A stretch of 37,996 nucleotides of DNA. Origin: a virus. Both the position numbers and the translations under genes were made by a program. Below the pieces are notes generated by a model. It saw only the letters and a list, made by a program, of their open reading frames with translations, was not told the DNA's origin and ran no database searches. Positions 1 through 7,445 of this stretch are shown piece after piece. Each line of letters starts with the position of its first letter. Position 1 is the first letter of the stretch. The stretch is taken from the IMG/VR virus record IMGVR_UViG_3300015204_000001, one strand, 5' to 3'.

Positions 1-1299
1 GACGCTCCGACTGGACAGGCACCGTTAGAGGCTCAGGGTGCATCACTAGCTAGTGGCGCGGGCGCTTTACCGCAAGATGGCGCATCCGCATCGCCCACGG
101 CCTCTCAACCGGCCGTGGCGAACGCCGGGCGTCAATGGAGCATTCCCGGTGTTCCCGACGCGCAAGCACGCTACCTGTTTGCCATGAACCCGGAAGCGTG
201 GGCAAAGCTTGCTGAGGGGGCTTACAAGCCAACCGACGTGATGAAAGATATTCAGTCGGGCAATTTCTCCCCTGAAATGCGCCAGCAAATTATGCAACAG
301 CGGGCCTCAAAGGACGCTGGCCAGTTCGATCCCGCGACGGGCACGCAAACGCTTCGTGGGGCCGACGGGTCCTTTTCCCAGTCCCCAATTCCGGGAAGCA
401 TAGCCACGAAGGAAGCGGATAGCCAAGCGAAAGCCTATGGCACAAAGCTTGGCGACGCGGCGAACGATCCGGCGGTTGCCGATTTTGGCGCGCGCAAGAC
501 TGCGGGCCTTATCGATCCCACGACTGGCAAGCAAGTGGTCAATGGTCCGGGCGGATCGATGATGCAGCCTATCCCCGGCTCTTTGCAAACCGATACGGCA
601 ATCGCTCAATCGAAGGAAACCGGGACAAAATTAGGTGCGGCTGGAGGGGATTATCCGAAGGAATTAAACGCGCGGGCCTATGCCGCAGCGGATACCTTGC
701 GCACCCTTTCTCAGCAAGAGACGTTGACCGGGCGCAATTCGACGGGAAGTTTTGCCAATATCAAATCCGAAGGTGGCGAGCTTTTGCGCTCCATGGGCGT
801 GCCGGACGAGTCCATCCGCAAGTGGCTCAAAATAAGCCCAGGTGACGCGGAGGCGTCGAACAAGTTGCTGATCGAAATGGCGTCTCAGGGATCGAAGAAT
901 ATCAGCGCGCGGCCAACGGAGTTCGAGTTCAAGAAAATGATCGACGCAAATCCGGGAATGACGCAAACCCCGGAAGGTCTGCGTAACATATTCCTGCATC
1001 TTAAGGGGATCGCCAACGATACCCTGGATGAACAAAAGGCCTTTTTGGGCGCGAAAAAGGCGGGATTGAAGCCGGAGGAATATGCGGATTTCCCGGCCAT
1101 CTACAATCAACAGCGCGCTGAGCTTATCAGGTCCGGCGCGTACAATAGTCCTCCAAACAGCGCCAAGCCCACCGCAGTGAGCGGCACTCAATCCGCGTCA
1201 CCTTCTTCCGCTTCGGCGGTTCCCGCCGCGCCAGCGACACGAACGATCGGTGGCAAGACCTATGTCAATATCGGCGGCACTTGGCATGTGGAGCAATAA
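1..1299 (+). CDS. internal virion protein with lytic transglycosylase domain, 3' portion (the ORF wraps the circular junction; 5' portion at 36755..37996)
   Basis: Frame 1 is open from base 1. Bases 1-99 equal 37898-37996 and are in frame with the ORF starting at ATG 36755. Stop TAA 1297-1299. The joined ORF is 2442 nt (813 aa). Confidence 0.8.
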   Translation, partial: DAPTGQAPLEAQGASLASGAGALPQDGASASPTASQPAVANAGRQWSIPGVPDAQARYLFAMNPEAWAKLAEGAYKPTDVMKDIQSGNFSPEMRQQIMQQRASKDAGQFDPATGTQTLRGADGSFSQSPIPGSIATKEADSQAKAYGTKLGDAANDPAVADFGARKTAGLIDPTTGKQVVNGPGGSMMQPIPGSLQTDTAIAQSKETGTKLGAAGGDYPKELNARAYAAADTLRTLSQQETLTGRNSTGSFANIKSEGGELLRSMGVPDESIRKWLKISPGDAEASNKLLIEMASQGSKNISARPTEFEFKKMIDANPGMTQTPEGLRNIFLHLKGIANDTLDEQKAFLGAKKAGLKPEEYADFPAIYNQQRAELIRSGAYNSPPNSAKPTAVSGTQSASPSSASAVPAAPATRTIGGKTYVNIGGTWHVEQ

Positions 1300-1301
1300 T
1301 T

Positions 1302-3128
1302 ATGCCCGGATATAGCGAAGTTACCGATCCAGCCTTGCTTGCCCAGCTTAACGCCCCGGTCGCGGCCGCGCCTTCGTCTGGCGGTGCCATGGTGCCAGTT
1401 ACGGATCAGGCCTTGCTCGCACAGCTTAACGCCCCGTCCAGCGACGCACCGAAAGACGAAGGCGCGACATGGGGCCAGCGGTTCGCGCACGGGCTTGGCG
1501 ATCCAATTTACGGCGTTGGCCAGCTCATAAGGCATGGCTTTTCGGCCCTTCCTCATCTTGAGGGAAAGCCTTACCAGCGCCCGGACGGCACGATGAACAT
1601 GGACCCAAATCCCGGCGAATATGAAGCGGACGATGCCCAGACGCTAAAGGCCGTCGACGACGAAGTAAAGTCCCGCAAGACCGCTTACGACGAACGGCTT
1701 ACTGCGGCTGGGCGCGACCCTAAGGATTACACCGATTGGGCCGGTCTTGCCGGAAACGTGGCGTCTCCGGTTGGTATGATCCCCGCATCGCGCGCGGCTT
1801 CTCTTATATCACCCGCTACAACAATCGTGGCGCGCGGTGCCGCAACGGGCCTTGGCCAGGCCGTGGCGCGAACGGGTGCCAGGGGAGCGCTTGGAGGGGC
1901 GGCGAACGCGGCAACGCAACCGGTGACGGATGAGGGAGATTACGGCGACCAAAAGGCCGGGCAGATAGCTACGGGGGCCGTCGTCGGAGGCGGTTTAAAT
2001 GCAGGCGCTGGACTGGCCAGCAAAGCCATAGCGGGCGCGGTTTCGGATAGCGCCGCTAGACGGCTTGTCGATCAAGGGGTCAAAACGACAGTCGGGCAAA
2101 CGCTTGGCGGGTGGGCGCGGCACATAGAAAACGCCATGGGTAGTTATCTTCCGCTGATTGACCATCAGGTTAGCGATTTGCAGGGCGAGTCCGTCAACTC
2201 ATGGAACAGGACAAGGGTCAACGCGGCGCTTGGGCGTATCGGGGAAAAGCTTCCAGAGTCGGTCCCAACGGGAACGGACGCTATTGACCATGCCGCAAAA
2301 ACAATCGGGGATGCCTATCAAAACGCCCTTACTGGAGCCTCTACGGGGATCGACGCAACGCTTCATTCTCAATTTAGAACACTCTCAAAGCAAGCGTTTG
2401 AAAATCTTCCGAAGGACGAATTTGATAAATTCAATCAAATAATAGAAGGTATTAGATATAAACATGCAAACGCTTCTGACGGAAATATAGACGGAGAAGC
2501 AATCAAGCGTCTTGACGCAAGCTTGGGCAATGACGCGCGCTCCAGGTTAAAAAGCTCCGATCCCGACAAGCAGGACCTTGGGCGCTACATAAGGGAAGCT
2601 CAGGACTTCTACCGTGGCGCGATATCGCGTCAGAACCCCTCGACGGAAGGCCCGCTCGCGAACGCAAACCGTGCTTACGCTGAATTTTTACCTCTTGCGA
2701 AAGCGGCTGAAAAGGCAACGGGAACCGGGGGTGTTTTTACTCCAAATCAAGTGCTTATCACCACAAGAACAGGGGCAAGAAACGGTCTTGAGTTTGCGCG
2801 CGGGCAATCGATAAACCAGGCTGCCGCGCAAGACGCTCAAGAGGTCTTGCCGAACACGGTGAGAAACAGCGGGTCCCCCGCCGGTATCGCTTACGGAAAC
2901 GCCATTCATAGGGCTTTGACAGTCGGCCTTGCGGCAACGGTCCCGCCTCCAATGGCGATAGCCGGTAGTCTTGCCATGGGTGCTTTTACGCCTGCTGGGC
3001 AAAACGCTGGCCGCTGGCTTGCCGCAGGTTCGCCTGTCTCGCGAGCCATGATCGCAAACGCCATAACAGAAAAAGTGCCGACATTTCCCTTGACGCGAGC
3101 GATAACGCAACAAAATCAGGATCAATAG
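1302..3128 (+). CDS. large virion-associated protein (internal virion/ejection protein position), 608 aa
   Basis: ATG 1302 follows GGAG at 1289-1292 and the upstream stop. The tracked ORF starts at TTG 1281. The N-terminus carries a duplicated D(P/Q)ALLAQLNAP motif, and the protein is Ala/Gly-rich. It lies between the SLT protein and the tail fiber. Function is positional only. Confidence 0.6.
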   Translation: MPGYSEVTDPALLAQLNAPVAAAPSSGGAMVPVTDQALLAQLNAPSSDAPKDEGATWGQRFAHGLGDPIYGVGQLIRHGFSALPHLEGKPYQRPDGTMNMDPNPGEYEADDAQTLKAVDDEVKSRKTAYDERLTAAGRDPKDYTDWAGLAGNVASPVGMIPASRAASLISPATTIVARGAATGLGQAVARTGARGALGGAANAATQPVTDEGDYGDQKAGQIATGAVVGGGLNAGAGLASKAIAGAVSDSAARRLVDQGVKTTVGQTLGGWARHIENAMGSYLPLIDHQVSDLQGESVNSWNRTRVNAALGRIGEKLPESVPTGTDAIDHAAKTIGDAYQNALTGASTGIDATLHSQFRTLSKQAFENLPKDEFDKFNQIIEGIRYKHANASDGNIDGEAIKRLDASLGNDARSRLKSSDPDKQDLGRYIREAQDFYRGAISRQNPSTEGPLANANRAYAEFLPLAKAAEKATGTGGVFTPNQVLITTRTGARNGLEFARGQSINQAAAQDAQEVLPNTVRNSGSPAGIAYGNAIHRALTVGLAATVPPPMAIAGSLAMGAFTPAGQNAGRWLAAGSPVSRAMIANAITEKVPTFPLTRAITQQNQDQ

Positions 3129-3130
3129 TC

Positions 3131-4066
3131 ATGGCTTTCAACGGTTCGGGAACGTTTATCAGGCTGTACACGTGGGTATCGGACCGGGCGAGCACCATAC
3201 CCATTGCCTCCGCGCGCATGGACTCGGAAATGAATGGATTTGCCAACGGCCTTTCAAATTGCATCACTCGCGACGGACAGGGAAAGCCAACGCAGGCGAT
3301 CGATTGGAACGCTCAGCAAATCACGAACATCGCTTCCATATCCCTGAACGCCAACCCAACACTATCGTCTCAGGTGGCGAACAAGGGTTACGTGGACACG
3401 GCTGTTGCGGGCGTCGCCCCTATAGCCTCAGCCGTCACTAGCACGCCAGCGGGCGGGATAACATCGTCGAACGTGCAAGCGGCGCTGAATGAGCTTGACA
3501 CAAAAAAGGCGGCCCTTGCCGGGGCGAACATTTTCACCGCATCGCCTCAGACAGTAAGAAATCCAGCGACCTCGCTTCTCCAGTCTTTTTTCAAATGGAT
3601 CGGCGGAGACGGGACGGGCATCGGCGCTCAAATCCAGGGTATCTGCACCGCGACGGGCCTTAGCCAATGGTCGGAATACTTCGGGGCGCTCGAAACGCGT
3701 CGCACGGTCTACAACGCTGGCGTTCCAGAAACGCAGTTTCTGTATCAGGCCTACGCGCCTTTCCAGACGCTAACCGACGCGGCAACGATTGCGTGGGATG
3801 TTTCTGTCAATCAAAATGCCGTCGTCACTCTTGCCGGGAACAGAGTTCTCGGCGCGCCAACGAACCTTAAAAACGGGGCGGTCTATAATTTACTTATAAA
3901 GCAAGACGCGACGGGAACGCGGACTCTCGACGTGACGAACGCCGTTTTCAAGTGGCCAACGGCAACGAAACCCGTTCTTCCGCCAGCCGCCAACGCGGTA
4001 TCGCTGTTTTCGTTTATAAGCGATGGGACTAATTTGTATTCCGTTTCGGCTTTGGACCTACGCTAA
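3131..4066 (+). CDS. tail fiber protein
   Basis: The N-terminus FNGSGTF..Y.W..D......I.A..MD.E.N..A.GLS.C.TRDGQ followed by ANKGYVD matches the conserved phage tail-fiber N-terminal pattern. It sits at the end of the virion module. Confidence 0.8.
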   Translation: MAFNGSGTFIRLYTWVSDRASTIPIASARMDSEMNGFANGLSNCITRDGQGKPTQAIDWNAQQITNIASISLNANPTLSSQVANKGYVDTAVAGVAPIASAVTSTPAGGITSSNVQAALNELDTKKAALAGANIFTASPQTVRNPATSLLQSFFKWIGGDGTGIGAQIQGICTATGLSQWSEYFGALETRRTVYNAGVPETQFLYQAYAPFQTLTDAATIAWDVSVNQNAVVTLAGNRVLGAPTNLKNGAVYNLLIKQDATGTRTLDVTNAVFKWPTATKPVLPPAANAVSLFSFISDGTNLYSVSALDLR

Positions 4067-4749
4067 TGAATATGAACATGCCGGTTGCGGCCTTTACATT
4101 AAAGCAAAAATCATTGACGCCGCTAACCGCCGGTTTGATGTCAATTGCGGGAGCCACCCTTACTAGTCCGTCTTTGAACCTTGGTTCGCCAGGCTCGCTT
4201 GCACGTACAGTTGTAGCTGGAGTTTATTTTTATGTCGGAGGGGGTGGTGCTAATATAACGTCCGCTACAATAGGCGGAATAGCAGCTACCGTACAAGTTA
4301 CGGCTATTAACGGAAACTTACGCTTAGCTATAATATCGGCGGTTGTGCCAACCGGGACGGCGGCGACAGTAATAGTGAATTTAAGTTTAACGGGCGCTGC
4401 AGAAGCTTATTACGTATCTTATTTATTGACCGGATACGGGGCAAACTACGCCGGAAATTTTAATACCTCCGGAGTGACTTGGGTTGAAAGCATGACAATG
4501 AATACTCCTTTGAATGGATGCGTTATTGTGGCTTACCTTCCGGTAATACCTTCGGGGTCGATCACTTCGTGTTCCTTTGGCGTACCGCTTACTAAAGATT
4601 TGGACTTTCAGTTTTCGTCTCTAAGCGGCCGAATATCAGGTGCTAGCGCGGTTAATACGCCGCTTGCCGCAGGGGCGAGTTTTAGCGCAAACGCTGCGGG
4701 GAGCGCGGGGTCGCCACAATCTTTGATATGTGGAACAAGCTGGAATTAA
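4066..4749 (+). CDS. hypothetical protein downstream of tail fiber (possible fiber-associated/receptor-binding or assembly protein)
   Basis: 227-aa ORF. Its start overlaps the fiber stop (TAATG). Gly/Ala/Ser/Thr-rich, and visibly more AT-rich than its neighbours. Confidence 0.5.
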   Translation: MNMNMPVAAFTLKQKSLTPLTAGLMSIAGATLTSPSLNLGSPGSLARTVVAGVYFYVGGGGANITSATIGGIAATVQVTAINGNLRLAIISAVVPTGTAATVIVNLSLTGAAEAYYVSYLLTGYGANYAGNFNTSGVTWVESMTMNTPLNGCVIVAYLPVIPSGSITSCSFGVPLTKDLDFQFSSLSGRISGASAVNTPLAAGASFSANAAGSAGSPQSLICGTSWN

Positions 4750-4766
4750 TCAAAAAGGTAAAAAAA

Positions 4767-5060
4767 ATGATCGGGACTTTGATTCACGTCGAAAGCAGAA
4801 TGGTGATAGATTACGTGAGAACCATGGATGGAATAGGATATACACCTCCAAATGGAACAACGGTTGGACCCGAGGGCGGTAAAATCGGGCAGCTTTGGAC
4901 TGGCCAGCAATACGAAGACACTAAAATCGAAGCGCATCCAAATATCGAAACAGACGATCATATGACCTTTACTTCGGCTCAAATGGAGTCCGCCGCAAAA
5001 CACTTAAATATTACATACGATGAGCTTTTAAGCGTTTTTTTGCATGTAATGGCGGTTTAA
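4767..5060 (+). CDS. hypothetical protein
   Basis: The tracked ORF is 4728..5060. ATG 4767 is preferred because it follows AAGG at 4755-4758 and lies after the upstream stop. No recognisable motif. Confidence 0.45.
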   Translation: MIGTLIHVESRMVIDYVRTMDGIGYTPPNGTTVGPEGGKIGQLWTGQQYEDTKIEAHPNIETDDHMTFTSAQMESAAKHLNITYDELLSVFLHVMAV

Positions 5061-5131
5061 CGCAAGCAAGCCCTTTACTTGTTTTATGTATTCCCGCAGT
5101 ATGTCCGCAATCATTCAGCGGAGCCTTTGGC

Positions 5132-6172
5132 ATGGCAAAAGACAATTTTGATCGATGTCTTGCTATCACCCTTAAATGGGAGGGCGGATACTCCAATCAT
5201 CCTGACGATCCGGGCGGCGCTACTATGAAAGGCGTTACGCAGGGAAATTATAACAGCTACCGCGCATCGAAGGGCAAATCGAAGCGCCCCGTTCGTCAGC
5301 TGGAAGAAGCCGAACTACAGGAAATTTATCGGCGCGATTATTGGGATGCCATGGGGTGCGATGCGCTGGCCAGTGGCCTCGACCTCTGCGTTTTTGACGC
5401 TGCCGTCAACTCCGGTGTCGGTCGGGCTAAAAAGTGGCTTCAAGGCGATTCCAGCATCGATAGCTATTGCGCGCGGCGCTTGTCTTTCGTTCAGGGTCTC
5501 GGTCATTTGTGGCGCGTCTTTGGTGTGGGCTGGAAACACCGGATTTTCGGAATAAGAGACCATGCACATGTCATGACGGGCGCGCCCGTCGTTGTGCCCG
5601 TCGATGACGGATCAATCCATGCGGGCATGAAGGGGGAGAAGGTTCTGGCGTTGCAAGTCGCGCTACGGAACCTTGGCTATCCAGTGGGAGAGACCGACGG
5701 GACTTACGGTCAACAGGTCTATCGTGCCGTCGTCGTGTTCCAAACCGACCACGAACTCGCCGGCGAGCCGGGCGTTTGGCTCCCGTCGTATGACGCCGTG
5801 CTGGCCGCAGCCGCGCCGATGCTCCCAAAGCGCGCTGAGGCGACACATAAGGACCTAGAGGCCAAGGGCGATCACATGGTCAAGGGCCTGAATATTTTGC
5901 AGCGCGTCTTCGCTTGGATTTTTGGCGGCGTCACGGCATCCCAGGTCGTCAACGGCGGAAGCGTGCTGGAAAGCATGGGTGCCGCTCGCCAAGCGCTAGA
6001 CCCCGCAGTAGAACTCGCCACGTGGGCTAAGGGCAATTGGTTTTTCATCGCGGCAGCCGGATGCGTCATCGTCATCGCGATCGTGCGCATGCTGCGATCA
6101 AGCCACGTCGAGGCGTACCAGAATTTCACCTATCAGGGCCAGGCCCCAAAAGTAGAGGCTCCGAATGCTTAA
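5132..6172 (+). CDS. endolysin: GH108-type muramidase N-domain, peptidoglycan-binding repeat and C-terminal hydrophobic anchor
   Basis: N-terminus FDRCLAITLKWEGGYSNHPDDPGGATMKGVTQ..Y matches the GH108/COG3926 signature. GEKVLALQVALRNLGYPVGETDGTYGQQVYRAVVVFQ is PG_binding_1-like. The C-terminus carries WFFIAAAGCVIVIAIVRML. Confidence 0.85.
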   Translation: MAKDNFDRCLAITLKWEGGYSNHPDDPGGATMKGVTQGNYNSYRASKGKSKRPVRQLEEAELQEIYRRDYWDAMGCDALASGLDLCVFDAAVNSGVGRAKKWLQGDSSIDSYCARRLSFVQGLGHLWRVFGVGWKHRIFGIRDHAHVMTGAPVVVPVDDGSIHAGMKGEKVLALQVALRNLGYPVGETDGTYGQQVYRAVVVFQTDHELAGEPGVWLPSYDAVLAAAAPMLPKRAEATHKDLEAKGDHMVKGLNILQRVFAWIFGGVTASQVVNGGSVLESMGAARQALDPAVELATWAKGNWFFIAAAGCVIVIAIVRMLRSSHVEAYQNFTYQGQAPKVEAPNA

Positions 6173-6521
6173 GTTCCTTTCCAGCTTTATCGCGTCGGCG
6201 GGATGGGCGGCGGCGCTTGGACCTTTCATGCCCATCATGGAAGGCGTGTCGTCCGTCGTCGGTGCCGTCCTGAAAGCCGTAGGGGCCGTTTTTAGCGCGG
6301 TATTTGAGATTGTGTCCAGCTTATCCAAAAGCCCCGAAGGCCGCGTCACGCTTGCCATTGTGGCGCTTGGGCTTGGCTTTCTCTTCGCCCGCTGGCATTA
6401 CGTCGAACAGGGGCGGGCGGGCGAACAGGTTGCCAGTTCTCAGCGGTTGCGCGTTGCTCTTGCTAATCAGGCCAGGACATTGAAATGCCCCGCCCCGCAA
6501 AGCACCGGACGGCGAAAGTGA
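6165..6521 (+). CDS. putative holin (three hydrophobic segments and a charged C-terminus)
   Basis: The start overlaps the endolysin stop. Hydrophobic stretches are FLSSFIASAGWAAALGPFMPIM, VVGAVLKAVGAVFSAVFEIV and VTLAIVALGLGFLFARW. The C-terminal tail is basic. Confidence 0.45.
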   Translation: MLKFLSSFIASAGWAAALGPFMPIMEGVSSVVGAVLKAVGAVFSAVFEIVSSLSKSPEGRVTLAIVALGLGFLFARWHYVEQGRAGEQVASSQRLRVALANQARTLKCPAPQSTGRRK

Positions 6522-6523
6522 CG

Positions 6524-6790
6524 ATGGCGACAAAACCGGCCTTAAACGGTGCCTCACAGACCGTTTACACGTCAATGCCCTCGGATAGCGATCTATCCAA
6601 GGGGTATCTCCCAATACTCATTGTCGTTACGATGCTCGGGGTGAGCATCGGGGCGTCATTTTGGGTTGGCTCCTTTCTGGCCAGCTACAACACCGAAAAG
6701 CAGTTAGTGAGTTCCAGACTGGAAGGATTGGAAAAAAAGGTAGACACGCTGATAGACGCGTTGAGGCCAAAGATATCTACTCGACGCTAG
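6524..6790 (+). CDS. single-pass membrane protein with short coiled coil (lysis accessory; spanin-like or antiholin-like)
   Basis: ATG 6524 lies 3 nt after the upstream stop (alternative ATG 6485). One TM segment, LPILIVVTMLGVSIGASFWVGSFLA, is followed by LEGLEKKVDTLIDAL. Confidence 0.35.
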   Translation: MATKPALNGASQTVYTSMPSDSDLSKGYLPILIVVTMLGVSIGASFWVGSFLASYNTEKQLVSSRLEGLEKKVDTLIDALRPKISTRR

Positions 6791-6860
6791 CGAGCGGGCC
6801 TCGCGATGATCCCGCAACATGGTCCCTATCGCCTCGACGGCGTTCTCTCGGTTGGTGAGC

Positions 6861-7250
6861 CTAAGCATCGCTTGCTTCCCCCTGCTGGCCAGCGGTTGCG
6901 TCATCTTCGAAAAAACTTTCGTGTAGCCGATTCCAAAACCCGGTTTTTTTCGCCAGCCAATTAGGGACCCAAAGCCCCGTTGCGTCATCGGACAGGTGGC
7001 AGTAGCTGGCGGGCATGTGAAATATTTTCAGGCTCCCGTTCGGATTGCGCTCGCCAGTCTTTACGGAGATGGAGCGCGCATCTTCGCGAATGACGATGCA
7101 CGGTATAAGGGTGTTCGTCTCCGCGTAGCGGCGCGCGCGTTCGCGCATCCTTGTCTTGGACGGTTTATTGACCCATTGGTATCTGATCATCTTTGCATTT
7201 CCATTTTTGATGTTGACAAACACAAACACTGATAAATCAATCGCTTGCAT
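6861..7250 (-). CDS. hypothetical protein (accessory gene next to attP)
   Basis: ATG at 7250 is preceded by GGGAG on the minus strand. 129 aa with no recognisable motif. It is convergent with the lysis genes. Confidence 0.5.
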   Translation of the reverse strand: MQAIDLSVFVFVNIKNGNAKMIRYQWVNKPSKTRMRERARRYAETNTLIPCIVIREDARSISVKTGERNPNGSLKIFHMPASYCHLSDDATGLWVPNWLAKKTGFWNRLHESFFEDDATAGQQGEASDA

Positions 7251-7291
7251 GTTCTGCTCCCAAACAGCCAACAACACCAAAAAACAGGGTT

Positions 7292-7315
7292 TTGTTGGGA
7301 GCAATTTGGGAGCAA
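7292..7315. repeat. attP arm-type repeat copy 1 (tandem TTGGGAGC x2)
   Basis: TTGTTGGGAGCAATTTGGGAGCAA matches 7501-7524 at 21 of 24 positions. The internal octamer repeats with a 10-bp period. Confidence 0.5.
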
Positions 7316-7417
7316 GGCCCGATTATTACCCTATGTTCCCCGTCCGTTCACGGGTCAAAAACGGGTGAAAGCTAGACATAACAGCTTGATAATGCTAGAA
7401 AGCGTTCTCTTGTATCT

Positions 7418-7445
7418 TGGGGTGTAGCCAAGCGGTTATGCCCCA
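7418..7445. other. 12-bp stem hairpin spanning the integrase stop codon; candidate attP core and/or bidirectional terminator
   Basis: TGGGGTGTAGCC-AAGC-GGTTATGCCCCA (three pairs would be G-U wobbles in RNA), followed by AAATTTTTGATTTT. The left arm resembles the 5' acceptor/D-arm of a tRNA. Confidence 0.4.

Noticed and set aside
1-99. The 99-bp end repeat as a physical direct terminal repeat (T7-like DTR)
   Set aside because: The repeat lies in the middle of a continuous ORF and has a typical assembler k-mer length. Circular closure is the simpler explanation, and read-terminus analysis would settle it.
3131-5060. Diversity-generating retroelement targeting the tail fiber (as in BPP-1-like podoviruses)
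   Set aside because: No reverse transcriptase ORF exists anywhere in the genome, and I saw no template/variable repeat pair near the fiber 3' end.
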